DNA of 64,000 nt from the human T2T-CHM13v2.0 reference genome, Homo sapiens. Location: NCBI RefSeq assembly GCF_009914755.1, contig NC_060932.1; one strand, 5' to 3'. Both the position numbers and the translations under genes were made by a program. The notes below the pieces were generated by a model. The model had not been told where the DNA came from, ran no database searches, and saw nothing but the letters and a program-made list of their open reading frames with translations. Positions within the stretch are counted from its first letter, which is position 1, and every line of letters begins with the position of its first letter. Of the stretch, positions 12,725-27,457 are shown in pieces.

Positions 12725-14134
12725 GAAAGATTGCCTTAAAATGATTAAATGCTTGTTTTTTGGGGAAAGTTTTCAACTTAACATTTTCAGCTTCAGTTAT
12801 CTTGAACATGCAATCCTTCCAAGTAACACATTATAATTATGTTTTTATTTTACAGATACCATACCCCGAATAGTAAAATATTATCAAAAGTAAATAGGAC
12901 AAGGATTTTTTTCTTAAAAAATTGGGTCTACTGGTTTTTAAAAATTGGATTTTATTTAAAAAAATTCACTGACACAATTTTCTAAGAATATATCAATTAA
13001 GCAAATTAAATAAAATACAGTAATGGTTGAAATGGCCTGAAGGATCTCCCTGACACAAGGGGATCCTTTTATAAACACTTACATGGAGACTGAAAATTTA
13101 TCCTGCTAATGGAGTATTGTTATTTAGAGTGGTGGTTTTTCACTACTCCCTCCACCCCTTTGGTTTGTTTTATGTGATAGAACCCTCTTAGGAGAGAGCC
13201 CAATTTATAAAACATACAAAAAGGAGCTATTGTGTCTGAAGAAGGCTTGCGTTGGATTCTGTCTACTCAATCTCTCTTTTATTACCCCCATCTCTCCCTC
13301 CCTAAATGAGTACCTTTTTAGTATCCTTGAGGACTGAAAAACACTGCTTTAAGCATCTATAGGACATAATTTCGAGCTGTAGAACCACAGATTTTAGAAC
13401 TCAAAGGGAATTTAGAGACCATGTACTCTAATTTTACTATGATTTAGTAGATGTTGGTTAGCAACTGTGGAGCTGCAGGACAACAACCAACTTGTGTGCC
13501 TGATTTTCTAAAAAACTAGGGGCATCTCAAACAAAACTAACTCTAAAGTGATTATTTATTCCCAAGAGACCTCTTATATTAGGGGAAGACTACCAATTTA
13601 CATCAAACTAGATTCCGAAGGGCATTTTCAGGATCTGTACTTTTCATTTTAATATAATATAATTTTTAATATATAAGTACCCAAGAACCTACCCTAAACA
13701 AAATCTGGGATCTTGACAGTAATCTGTCTTTATACCTCACCAACCTATCTCTCTGCCTACCCCTATTTGAACTAATCATCATTCTGGACCCTATGTTTCT
13801 ATTTGCTTGCTTTTCTTTTTATATAGTTTTATTGCATCTGTATGCATTCTCTCTCTCTCTCTCCCTGCCCCCTTGCTGTTTTTAACTAAAAAATAGGGGA
13901 TTGTGTTGTTTATAATCTTTTGAAGTACATTTTTAAAATTCAGTATTATACTGCTCAGAATCATCCATATTGTTGCATATTATAGTCATTCATACCTTTT
14001 GACTGCTCTGTAATATTCAATGTGTGAATATAACAGCTTGCTATGGCTTGAATATTTGTTCTTTCCAAAACTCATATTGAAATTTAATCCCCAATGTGGT
14101 GGTATTTAGAGGTGGGGCCTTTAGGAGGTGATTT

Positions 14135-14202
14135 GCAGTAGTATTTCTGTGCATAACATTCAAGCTGAGAGCCAAGTCAAGAATGCAGTCCCATTTAGAG
14201 TA

Positions 14203-14237
<35 letters not shown>

Positions 14238-15951
14238 CTAGGAATACATCTAACAAAGGAGGTGAAAGATCTCTATAAGGAGAACCACAAAACACTGCTG
14301 AAAGAAATCATAGATAACATAAGCATATGAAAAAGCATTCCATGCTCATGAATTGGAAGAATCAATATCTTTAAAATGTCCACACTGGCCCCAAGAAACT
14401 TATGGATTCAACATTATTCCTATCAAACTACCAGTGTCATTTCTCACAGAATTAGATAAAAACAATTCTAAAATTCATATGGAACCAGAAAGGAGCCTGA
14501 ATAAACAAAGCAATCTTAAGTAAAAAGAATGAAGCTAGAGGCATCACATTATCCAACTTGTTTATACTATAAGGTAGTGGTACAAAAACAGACACATACA
14601 CCAATGAAACAGAATAGAGATCCCAGAAATAAAGCTGCACAACTACAACCATCTGATCTTTGAGAAAGTCAACAGAAATAAACAACGGGGAAAGAACTTC
14701 CTATTCGATAAGTGGTGCTGAGATAACTGGTTAGCCATATGCAGAGAATGAAACTGGATCCCTGCCTTTCACCACATACAAAAATTAACCAAAAATGGAT
14801 TAAAGACTTAAATATAAGGCCTCAAACTGTAAAAGTCTTAGAAGAAAACCTAGGATGTACCATTCTGGACATTGGCTTTGGCAAATAATTTTTGGCTAAG
14901 TCCTCAAAAACAATTGCAACAAAAACAAAAATTGACAAGTGGTACCTAGTTAAACTAAAGAGCTTCTGCATAGCCAAAGAAACTATCAACAGATTAAATA
15001 GACAACCTACAGAAAGGGAGAAAGTATTCATAAACTATGTATCCAACAAAAGTCTAATATCCAGACTCTATAAGGAACTTAAGCAATTCAACAAACCAAA
15101 AACTAATAACCTCATTAAAACGTGGGCAAAGGACGTGAACAGACACTTATCAAAAGAAGACAGACAAGTAGCCAATAAACATATGAAAGAAATGCTCAAC
15201 ATCATTAATCATCAGAGAAATGCAAATCAAAAGCACGATGAAATACCATCTCACACTAGTCAGAATTGCCATTATTAAAAGACAAAAAATAACAGATGCT
15301 GGTGAGGCTGAGGAGAAAAGGGAATGCTTATATGCTGGTGGTGGAAATGTAAATTGGTTCAGCCACTGTGGAAAGCAGTTTGGAAATTTCCCAAGAAACT
15401 TAAAACAGAACTGCCATTCAACCCAGCAATCCCATTATTTGGTATATACCCAAAAGAAAATAAATCATTTTACCAAAAAAGACACATGCACTCATATGTT
15501 TACCATAGCACTATTCACAATAGCAAAGACATGGAATCAACCTAGGTGCCCATCATTGGTGGATTGTATAAAGAAAATGTGGTACATAAACATCATGGAA
15601 TACTACACAGCCATAAAAAATAAATAATGAAATTGTGTTATTTGGAGCAACATGGATGCAGCTGGAGGCCATTATCCTAAGTGAATTGACACAGGAACAG
15701 AAAACCAAATACCACATGTTCTCACTTATAAGTAGGAACTAACCATTTGGTACACATGGACATAAAGATGGGAAAAATAGACACTGGGGACTAGTAAAGT
15801 GGGTAGAGAGGCAGGGGGTCAAGGGGTGAAAAATTACCTGTTGGGTACTCTGCTCACTACCTGGATAATGGGATCATTCGTACCCCAAACCCATGTAACA
15901 AACCCACACATATGCCCTCTGAATCTAAAATAAAAGAAGAAATTATAGAAA
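14135..15951 (+). mobile_element. 5'-truncated L1 (L1PA15/16-like), with (CA)n at ~14204-14235
   Basis: ORF2 C-terminal peptides in ORFs 14892..15278 and 15220..15627, then 3'UTR and A-rich tail. Decayed TSD AGGAGGTGATT / AAGAAGTGATT. Confidence 0.85.
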
Positions 15952-16048
15952 AAGAAGTGATTGGGTCATGAGGGTTCTGTGCTCATTATGGATTAATTCA
16001 TTCATGAATTAATGGATTAATGGTATAACAGATTGATTGCTTATCATG

Positions 16049-16467
16049 CATATTAGTCTATTCTTGCATTGCTATAAAGAAATAACTGAAACTGGGTAAT
16101 TTATAAAGAAAAGAGGTTTAATTTGCTCATGGTTCTGAAGGCTCTACAGGAGGCATGATGCTAATATCTGCTTGGCTTCTGAGGAGGCCTCAGGAAACAT
16201 ACAATCATAGTGGAAGGCAAACAGCGAGCAGGCATCTTACATGGCAGGAACAGGAGCAAGAGGGCGAGGGGTAGGTGCTACACACTCTTAAATGACCCAT
16301 GAGAACTCACTCACTATCTTAAGGACAGTGCCAAGAGGGATAGTGCTAAACCATTCACGAGAAATCCACCTCCATAATCCAATCACCTCCCACCAGGCCC
16401 CACCTCCAACAATAGCGATTACAACTGAACATGAGATTGGGTGTGGACATAGATCCAAACCACATCA
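16049..16467 (-). mobile_element. MSTA/MSTB solo LTR
   Basis: 'TATTAGTCTATTCTTGCATTGCTATAAAGAAATA...ATCCAAACCACATCA'. Perfect TSD TCATG (16044-16048 and 16468-16472). Confidence 0.9.
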
Positions 16468-17391
16468 TCATGGGAGTGGGACTGGTGGCTTTTTGAGAAG
16501 AGAAAGGGAGACCTGAGCAAACACTTTTGACCTCCTTACCAAGTGATGCCCTTTGCTGCCTTGGGACTATGCAGAGAGTCCACACCAGATGTGACCTCTT
16601 GACTTTGGACTTCTCAGCCTCCAGAACTATAAGAAATACATTTATTTTCTTTATAAATTACCCAGTTTCAGGTTTTCTGTTATAAGCATCAGCAAATGGA
16701 CTAGTACATAGTTTATTCATCCTCTTTTCTGTTGATGGGAAATTGGGTTATTTCTAGGTTATTGCTGTTGAGTACAGTGATGGCTATGAACATTCTTGTG
16801 CATATCTCTTTTTGTACATGTGCAAGAGGTTCTTTTGGGTATACACTTAGTGACTAAATTACTGGGTCATAGAGTATGTGAGTTTTCCACTTTAGGGAGT
16901 AATACCAAATCATTTTCTAGCCCTTTAGCCAATATATAATGGAAGCAACAGCATTTTTTTTCTTTTCTTATGAAAGAGCAAGCAGCTATTTAGTCCTGTC
17001 CCTACAGTTCCCATTTCGTTTTCACTGGGACCTGCATTAAAACACATCTGAGGGTGTCTCACTTTGAAAACAGGTGTGTTCAATCATCTACTTTCACCTT
17101 AGGTCATCCTCAGTCTAGTTAGCAGTCCTTGCTCCTGACATAAGGTATAAAAACACTCTCAGGACCACTTCAGGTTTTATCTCATCTCACTGCTATGTTC
17201 TGTGGCAGTACCACCTTGATTTTCCTAGCTGCTTTAGTCCTTATGGTTCTTTTACATCTCACCTAGCTTTCTGGCTTTAAAATCCCTAGCTTGCACCTAC
17301 ATGTTGAGGAAAGATAACTCTTAGGCCTCCCTGACTTCCAGATTCCGGATTTTTTTTCTCACCTTTGACAGCTGAGAGCTCCTTAAACGAT

Positions 17392-17702
17392 GGGTGACAC
17401 ATTCAAATGCTTATATAGGCCAGGGTGGGAGCACTAATGAGTGACTCAGGATTCCAGGATTAATATAACACTATCAGGAGCAGTGGGACTGTGGTGGCCT
17501 GATGATGGGGGTAGCTTCTCCTTATGGGGTTGCTCCCAGGACTTCTGATTTTTCCAGAGAAAAATAGTTATCTAGATTTTTAACTGAAATCTCTTGACCT
17601 TTGAGTGTCAACAATAGATTTAATATTTAGAAACACTATGCAGGCCAAATGAAATATTTCTGACCTGGATTCAACCCATAGGTCGCCCGTTGGTGAACTT
17701 TG
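17392..17702 (-). mobile_element. hAT-Charlie MITE (MER102-like)
   Basis: 'ATTCAAATGCTTATATAGGCCAGG...GTGGGACTGTGG...TGAAATCTC...CAGGCCAAA'. Confidence 0.55.
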
Positions 17703-18486
17703 CCTCAAACTTTGGCTTATCTGCCTTTTGCTTTGGCCATTGCCTCACCTGCCTGTTCCTGCCAAGGTGTGCCCCTCTCTCTGGAGGAGACCTCATTGTG
17801 ACATCTCTCAGGTTTACCTTGACTTCCAAGTGACCTGATACTGACAGCAGGCAGGGCAATGTCTGATTACTTACCCTTTCCTTTCTCTCACTGCTTGCCT
17901 TAAATGCTTCTATCAAATTCTGGTTCTTGGAGGCCTGACTTGTTTTGATAATTTTTAGAAGAGAAATGTTATATGGAATGATATTTTTTTAACTTGAAAA
18001 AAGTATGACAAGAGGCCAGGATTTTATTATTTAATGGCTCTCAAACTTATTTGCAGTTTTAGGGCTTCTCTGCTTGATCTTGCTCTGGTGTTGATCAGGT
18101 GGCCCTGACTTCACTGGATGCTGGATTTGTCCCTACTCTTGTCCTAATGGATTGGTGAACTAAAACAGCAGTTTTTTGATTTAGGAAAATAAGGTCTTTG
18201 ACTTTCCCCCGTCTTAGAAACGGTCACAATATTTTGATTTGAGATTCTAGGCTTTTGAGCATTTGAGAATATCCTTCTCAAAACAGAAAACCTTTGCTTT
18301 CTTTGCAATTATTTGGCACATTCTAAGGGTGGATATGGTCAGTATCCAGTTGGGAAATAAAGAAAGTGCTTCATAAATCACACAACTTTTTCTGTTGCTG
18401 AGTCAGTATCAGACACAGATATTTTCTGAGTCAAGCCTGCTGTTCTGTCAGGTGGGAGATTATGGGTAAGGTCTGAGATTGAGTGG

Positions 18487-18760
18487 AGTTCGTTAGAGCA
18501 AGATGCTAATGAGCACAGGGTCATGGGTTTGATCCCCATACAAGTCGATTAGCTTAAACCATAAAGGGACTCCTGGCTCATCCATCCTGGCAAATATGTG
18601 GTCACAGGCCTAAGGAAGACTAGGTTAGAGAGTGAGAAAAATCCTTCATCATCAAGAGGAAAAAAAACAAACAAACCTCAAAGCCCATGTCCTATTGGAT
18701 GTAGTAAGTGATATCATCTGTGGTTGTAGTCAGTGCCTATATTACTTATATGTAGGGAGA
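18487..18760 (+). mobile_element. tRNA-derived ancient SINE (MamSINE1-like)
   Basis: tRNA-like head 'GTTAGAGCAAGATGCTAATGAG...GGTCATGGGTTTGATCCCCATA...TTAGCTT' with degenerate A/B boxes. Confidence 0.55.
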
Positions 18761-19209
18761 AGATTTGCATCCCATTAAATCTCCCAAAATATGTAATATA
18801 GCATGCATGAGGTTAAATAACCAATGGGAACTATAGTGACATCCAAAAACTCTCGCAAGAGAAGTCTTATAGCTAACTGAGATGGGGTGGAACCTCCATG
18901 GCCATGGTGGAACTCTGTGACTGTGCTGAAGACCTCTTGTGCAATTAATTCCTTGTTGGGCATGAAGCCATGCACATATACCCTAAGACAATGCTGTCTT
19001 CTCCTGGAGGATGGATAAAAGGGCAGAGAGGATTGTGTGAGGGCCTAGGATTGTAGCCACTTGTCCTATGGCTGTCTTATTCACTCTGTATATTTGCACA
19101 CCCTGGTTTCACATTATCTGAGTGTTTTCCTATGGAAAGAGGTTTTCCTATCTTCATTATAAGAAGGACAGTATTTTCTAGCCATACCCATTTTTCAAGG
19201 ATGATCTAT

Positions 19210-19680
19210 TTAAAAATTATTTTTCCCAATGAAAAATTTCAAATGAAGTAATCAGAATAGAATAATGAATGTCCATATACACATCATCTGGATTTAACAA
19301 TTGTCAACATTTTGCCATATTTGCTTCATTATTTTGTGTTTTTTTGCTAGTGTTATCTCACCTTTACATATTTTTCTTAAAAATGACAATTTTCTGCATA
19401 ACTGTAATACTATTATCACTCCCATTAAAATTAACTATATAATTTCTTAATGTCCTGTAGTACTGCAAATTCAAATTGCTCAATTGTCCCCAAATTGTCT
19501 TTTGCAGCCAGTTTGTTCAGTCAGGATCTAATCAAGGATAGTGAATTTCTTATGTGTGTGTGTTTGTGTGTGTGTGTATGGGCATGTGACATGGAGCTGT
19601 GGAAGAGACAAGCCAGTTGGTCTGTACAATGTCTCATCTTTTGGATTTGTCTGAGTTTTCAGGATGAGTTTTGAAGATTT
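19210..19680 (-). mobile_element. Ancient L1ME/MC 3' end
   Basis: 'GAAAAATTTCAAA...AACATTTTGCCATATTTGCTTC...ATTCAAATTGCTCAATTGTCCC...CAGGATCTAATCAAGGAT'. Confidence 0.6.
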
Positions 19681-20370
19681 GTATTTAGTGTTGAAAATGG
19701 GCTTGGGTCTGGAGATTGGCAGTGGCCAGGACACCCTGTACAGGGAGGACCTTCGAAAATGAGGGAGGTAAACACAAAGGCAGTAGGAATGTTCCATATT
19801 TTTGTGTCTTGCTTCCCAGCAGGGCTGACAGACACAAACTCATGTGAACACACAGGGACATAGACCTTTATAAAAGAACTGGGTAATGTTTTTCTCTTTG
19901 CCAGGCCATAGATAGCACAGAACTTGAGGATATGATAATCCTATTGGCTGTATATTTTGAATAGTGTATCCTGAATAAACAAGATAAAACCAAGAGGCAG
20001 AAAAATGAATAGAAATTAAAGCTATGAGAAAGTCATAGAAAATTCTTAGTGGTCTGACATTTTGAGTTTGTTCTTCTTTGGTTAAGTTCACTCATCTCTC
20101 TTGGGAGTAGAGAGAACCCATATTTGGGATAAACAACTGCAGAGGACCAAGAGTCTTGGGAGAAGCTGATGACAGGCATTCAGAGGTAAGACTTGGGAAG
20201 AAAATAGCCACAGAAGGAAAGTACAGGGAGGCAAACAGTGGGAGGGGCCAGCTCATCTCTTTTCTCCTTCCCCCCAAAGACTGCTGGTTGTCAGTGGGCC
20301 TATAAAATCTTTTATGATCTTAAAGGTATTTTGGAAGACTAAGTCAATCTTTAGCATTCTTAACCTGGAG

Positions 20371-20550
20371 CAGGGGTTCTGAAACTTGAACTGGCACATT
20401 GGCATCACCTGGGAACTCTAAAACACACTGATGTCTGGGTACCACCCTCAGAAATTCTGATAGAATTTGTCTCAGGTGTGGCCAGGGCAACGGGCTTTTT
20501 AAAAGACTTTCCAAGTAATTCTAATGAGTATCTAAGTTTGAGGACCACTG
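20371..20550. mobile_element. MER5A1-like hAT MITE
   Basis: TIRs CAGGGGTTCTGAAACT...GTTTGAGGACCACTG; internal 'ATCACCTGGG...CAGAAATTCTGAT'. Confidence 0.85.
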
Positions 20551-20566
20551 ATCTAGATCAATTAAC

Positions 20567-20599
<33 letters not shown>

Positions 20600-20859
20600 G
20601 CATTTTTTTTTAAAAAGATACATTTAACACCTCCCCCCACCCAATAAACCTTATGGAAACCCAATGCATAAAAAAGATTAAAGTGGAGGTGCTTTACATA
20701 AGGTGCTCTTGAAACCTGGCTGAGTAGGCACCATTTGCTACACCCACTCCCCGTTTCTTTCAAACCCTCTCATCTTCCTACAGCAGTGTCTTCAAAGAAT
20801 TAGGGTCTGAAGAGTAGGACTATTTGAAAAATAACTGGTCCAGAGTTTAAAGGGTTTTA

Positions 20860-21030
20860 ACCATCTACATCTAGAACTCTGGCTCTTTCAATTAACTTAT
20901 TAACTGTATGACTTTGGACAACTATAAACTCTCTGAACCTCAGTTCTCTTATATCTTAATTAGAGATGATACCTATCTCACAGGTTGTAATGAAGACTAA
21001 AGTTGGATATATGCTAGTGTACTGTCAGTA
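20860..21030 (+). mobile_element. MIR
   Basis: Core 'TGTATGACTTTGGACAA...CTCTCTGAACCTCAGTT...ATACCTATCTCACAGGTTGT'. Confidence 0.7.
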
Positions 21031-23258
21031 GAGATTAGTTCCTTCAGTAGTTCAGGCTTTCCTCCAGGCTACTGCAAGCTTTCAGGTCTGTCCTGGGATG
21101 GGACTGATGGTTTGGTTTAATCTGGGAACTTCAGTTACCTTCATATTATACTCATATGGTAGGGTGTACACAGATTCCCTTTACTCATGAGGGGTCTAAA
21201 ATTCCTGATTGACTTGCAGCATCATAGGAATAAATGGAGGTGGGATGGGGGTGGAGTTTGTTCACTGCTGAATGCTAAGGGAGAAGCCAGGAGCTTCCAT
21301 GAAATGACTCAGGAAATGCTCTATAATTCAGATAAACTGTTAATCAATGGGGAGGGAACCAGGCAAAGTCCATTTTAAAATGAAAAAGGTATTAAGATCC
21401 ATAATAGGCATAGTGGAAGGGCTGGGGGTGTTGAGGTGGGAAGGAGTTCTCTATGGACCAGAGGAGCAGGTTCATGACTGAGGGAGGAGTTATTGATTTT
21501 TTTTGTAAACAATAGATTTTTAAGCAGGAATGAAGAAACATGAACATATTCTTCCCTATTTTTTTGTTCCAATATGGTTAAACAAAACTCCCAGATAATA
21601 TAGAAACCTTGCTTATTCCCCTTATGAATATTTTACCAGTATTGCTAAGAAGTGAAATTGATTGATATTAATTTAACTTCCTCCTCTTCCCACCCAGACA
21701 TTAGTAAATAGTGAAATGGTTGTAAGTGTTCAGGGAGATGACAAAAGAGAAGTCTGAGGCTTGAGGAATTACGAAGTCAGATGATCTGTAATTGAATAAT
21801 ATTGAGTAGAATACACAAATCAAAAGTGGTGTAAAATCTATTACAGGAAAAACTCATTTGAGTCTGGCCCTGTCACAGTCATTGAACTAGTGATTCAAGT
21901 CTGAACATGGCCAGCAGTGGTATTTCCTGTTTATCTTTCACAAAGCTGGCAACAATTTCCACATTATGTTCTCTGCACATCTCCAACCTCTACGGAATGA
22001 AAAATGCATTTTAGTTTCCTCAGCATTCACAATGTAGAACCTTCCAGAGAAGCTTTCTTTTCTTTCTGGCATCTGGATAAATGGAGGAATAGCACGAAGC
22101 GGTAGGTGCTTAGGCCAATTAAGATGTTTGGTGGGCTCAGTGGGGATGACCCTTAGTCTTTAAAACATTTTTTTGTAATTATCTTATTCACATATTATTA
22201 TCCAAAATACCATGACTGTGGTTTTGGTTGCTACTGCACTTTAATATAGTAGATGTATTTTTACTTTCTATTTTTCTTTTTTTTTCTTTAAAGATTTCCA
22301 TTCTTAATAGATGAGAAAAAAAATTCCTAAGAAGTAAAATGTTAAAGATGCTTATTTGGGATCATAGGATCTCTTTTAGCAATTTGCAATCTGAAGCGGA
22401 GACCACACAATTTCTGGCCACATTGGGATACTGTCTATACTGCTGCCTCTTTCTCACATTATCTTCCTGCTATCTGACATACCTATGCTCACATCCAGGT
22501 ACTGAACAGGGGCCCTACATGGCTCTGAGGTAATCAGAGTTCACTTGTCCACAACTTGCCATTGAAAGGCTATGCCCTTTAGAATTTCGTATTCTGAAGA
22601 AAATTTCTATTTTTTTTAAATGTTTCAATGTTAGTGAGTTGCCTGAGGAAAGAATGTGATAAAGGTAGTTCTAATCAAGGTATATGTGAGAGACTAATTA
22701 ATGGTAGGACTCAATGTTTTATCCTGATATGAGTATACTCATTTCAAAAGGAGTCTCCTGTAAACTCCAGCTAAACAAACACAAAGGCATTTTCAGGATT
22801 TCAGGTATACATTTGATGGCTGGGGCAGAGTGGTGTATAGAGTTTTTCATGTAGACCCTCCTCAAATCTCAACACATGACTTCTATTTCAAATCTATTTT
22901 AAAGACCAGAACTATTTAAATTTTACCCTAACATGACTAAATTTACTTTCCTTTATACCTCCACATTGCCAGGACATTTAAAAGCCTCTTCCAATCCTAC
23001 CAAAGATAAGACACTGATGACATCTCATCTCCTGCCTAACTTGTGACTATTCTCAGTATTGGTGAAGAGGTGAAATTTGTAGATGAGGGATTTTAATCCT
23101 TCACTTTGTATTTGATACATGACTTTATGTATTATGGTGCTGATTTTTCAGCACATCTTTATTTTCCCTTTTCCAGTTTTAACAATGAACTTTTCCAATC
23201 TATCGTTACTTAGTGAAGACGGTTAATAGTGAATACATGGTTCAGGTATTTCTTTTAA

Positions 23259-23565
23259 CAGCCCTGCAAATAGAAATACAGTGTAAGTCCCATATATGAT
23301 TATATATTTTCCTATAATCACATTAAGAAAAGAAACAGGTAAAGTAAAATTTTAATAATACATTTAATCCAATATGTCAGAAACATTATCATTTTAACAT
23401 GTAATCGTGTAAATAATGAGGTATCTCATTTTTTTCCTGAAAAAAAATCTTTGAAATCTGGGATTTCTTTGAAATCTAGGAGGTATTTTACAATTACAGC
23501 CTATCTCAATTTGCAGGCCATATTGAAGTGCTCAATAGCTGAGTGTGGCTACCATATTCACAGCC
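23259..23565. mobile_element. MER33-like hAT MITE
   Basis: 'CAGCCCTGCAAATAGAAATA...AAGAAACAGGTAAA...AAGTGCTCAATAGC...GTGGCTACCATATT'. Confidence 0.7.
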
Positions 23566-23649
23566 TTAGAAAATTTTGAGTAAGATGAATATAAGCTGTG
23601 AACCCGTACTTAGTTTCAGTTAGACTATCTTCTTTATGAAAATGTTTAA

Positions 23650-25020
<1,371 letters not shown>

Positions 25021-25277
25021 TGCATGTGCTCAGCCCATTGTCTGTAGCAGCTTGGTAGTTTTAAGAGGCTTCTCAAGCTTGCAGAAACCCTTGTGGGTAT
25101 GACTAAGTGTTCCAGCTTCTGTTTCATTGTGAAGATTTTAGAAGTGTAGCCTTTAAGAGGCATACTACAATCCTTCCAAAAACAAAGAAAGTCTGAAAAT
25201 AAATTTGGGAGAGGATGTGGAACAAAGTAATTTCTACACTAATAGGAAAAATGCAAATTGGTGTAACTTCTTTGGAC

Positions 25278-26460
25278 TGTGTCCCCAAACAAAAGCTGGG
25301 TCATGTCAACTGGCTGTTATTCTGTCTTCTTGGTTATTGGGTGTTTCTTTGTGGGGGTATTCCTTCTAGTGGGTCATAACATATGCCATAAAAATCCACA
25401 TTGTGGCCACTTCCATAGACCCATCTGCAGACAGGCCTTTACTCAGATCTTCTTGTCCCAGATCTTTCAATCTTTCTTCTTTCAGGTGCCTGCCCAATTA
25501 GCCAGGGTATTCTTCACTGTTTATTAATCCTTATATCTTCTAACAGCAAGTCACTTCTTGTCCACACAAAGAGGATGATTTAGTATACTGCCTTCGTCCA
25601 TTGGGAAGATTTTCCCCTCTTCGCTGTCTTTCGAGGCCATCCCTAAGGGAGGGTTGTTATGCAACAGCAGTCCATTTTTGGGTCACACCGAGATACTGAG
25701 CTGATTCATTTATGAGCTAGTTTTCCCTCTTTCAGCTGGCCATTAGGGACTCAACACAGGGCTACAGGTATCGTTTGAAGAGAAATGGATGATATGGGTT
25801 TGACAGTCATGCAATTTGCTTGTGCCCCCTGGCCCTGCCTTTGTCCAATCCTGGAAGTATCATTTCCATCTTATGATGGAGTACTACCAGACCTGCCTAA
25901 TCATATGAATTATTGCATTTGTTAGAACTCAGCTTAATGTGGTTATTTCTTATTGTAGGGTAACTTGAGGTTCTATGGTCAGATGCTCAGTCTCTACTAG
26001 GGCTCAGTAGTATTCCAAGAGCTGCTGTTTGAATGTTATATAGTTCCTGGCTGAAGATGGCATGCTTTGTTTTAGAATCCTGGGGAACTGCTTATGTTAT
26101 GATTCTACTATTTCTTTCTATAAAATCCACATGGTGTCTTTTCAAACCACAGAAACCCCAAGAACCAAAAGTTTTGCCGTATCATATTGCATAAGTCATA
26201 GGGTCACTTTTATGACAACCTGAACCTGCTGGAGAGCCCTTTGGTGTTTTGAGCTCCACTCACAGCTGGTAAATGTGTATTGTTGCCTAACCTATGTAAA
26301 TGGGTACTGCTTCTGATCTTCTTACTGATAGGGATGGAAAAGAATGCATTTGCCAGATAAATGGCTGCATACTACATGTCATATATTGTGTTAATCTGCT
26401 GTAATGAAGCTATCATATCTGGCCCAGCAATTGCAACTGTGGCTACTACTTGGTTATTAT
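25278..26460 (-). mobile_element. Degenerate ERVL-class internal (pol RT/RNase H) fragment
   Basis: Antisense pol-like text 'CCACTTCCATAG...TCTTGTCCCAGATCTTTCAATC', 'CATTTCCATCTTATGATGG', 'AAAGAATGCATTTGCCAGAT' (DLANAFF RT-like motif on the minus strand). Confidence 0.65.
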
Positions 26461-26894
26461 AGAATGTTGTAGATTTTATTTCTTTAATAATTAATGGACA
26501 TTAGAGATTTTCTAAATCTTTAATTTCTAAATTAGAGATTTTCTGAATCTCTCTGAGCCCATATTGGTAGTTCATACTTTCCTAGGAATATGTCTATTTC
26601 ACCTAAGGAATTTAGTAAATTTCTCTTATTACCTTTTTAATATCTGCTACATCTGTAGTTGTGTCCCTTTTTGATTCATAATATTATTTGTGCCCTCTTT
26701 CTGTATTTCTCATTCACTTTTGCCAGAGGTATGCCAATTTTATTAGTTTTTGCAAAGAACCAATATTTGGCTCTGTTGTTTCCTTCTAGTCTATCTTTGC
26801 TTTCTGTTTTATTAATTTCTTCCTCTTGTCTTTATCTTCTCAATTTTTATATTATTCCTATTTGCTCTTTTCTTAACTTTTCTAAGTTGAAGGT

Positions 26895-27457
26895 TGTATT
26901 AGTCAGGGTTCTCTTAGAGGGACAGAACTAATAAGATACACACACACACACACACACACAAAAAAAAAAACTAATAGGATATATATATGTATATATACAC
27001 ATACAAAACTAATAGGATATATATATATATATATATACACACACTCACACAGAACTAATAGGAGATATATATATATATGAGTTTATTAAGTATTAACTTA
27101 CATGATTACAAGGTCCCACAATAGGCTGTCTGCAAGGGGAGGAGAAAGGAGACCCTGTCCAAGTCCCAAAACTGAAGAACTTGTAGTCCATTGTTTGAGG
27201 GCAGGAAGCATCCAGCTCGAGAAAAAGATGTAGGCTGGGAGACTAGGCATGTCTCACCTTTTTCACGTTTTTCTGCCTGCTTTATATTTGCTGGAAGCTC
27301 ATTAGATAGTGCCCACCAGATTAAGGGTGGATCTGCCTTCCCCAGCCCACTGACTCAAATGTTAATCACTTTTGGCAACACCCACACAGACACACTCAGG
27401 ATTAATACTTTGTATCCCTCAGTCCAATCAAGTTGACACTCATTATTAACCATCACA
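26895..27457 (-). mobile_element. MLT2A1/2 (HERV-L) solo LTR
   Basis: TGTATTAGTCAGGGTTCTC...TTAACCATCACA. TSD AAGGT/GAGGT. Confidence 0.9.

Larger units (their letters stand above)
14039..16708 (+). mobile_element. MSTC-like MaLR solo LTR in three pieces (14039-14134, 15952-16048, 16468-16708)
   Basis: TGCTATGGCTTGAAT... start, GGATTAAT repeats, ...GGACTAGTACA end. Decayed TSD CAGCT/TAGTT. Confidence 0.85.
13670..16920 (-). mobile_element. Ancient L1ME-type 3' fragment (about 13670-14038 and 16709-16920), host of nested LTRs
   Basis: 'ATCATCCATATTGTTGCAT...TGTGTGAATATAAC' resumes as 'GTTTATTCATCC...GTTGATGG...TATGAACATTCTTGTGCAT' after the MSTC. Confidence 0.65.

Noticed and set aside
12845-12895. 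Micro-exon (TTTTACAG...GTAAAT)
   Set aside because: Weak donor, 34-nt length and no supporting neighbouring exons.
18487-18550. tRNA gene
   Set aside because: Degenerate stems and boxes followed by a SINE-like body; better read as an old tRNA-derived SINE.
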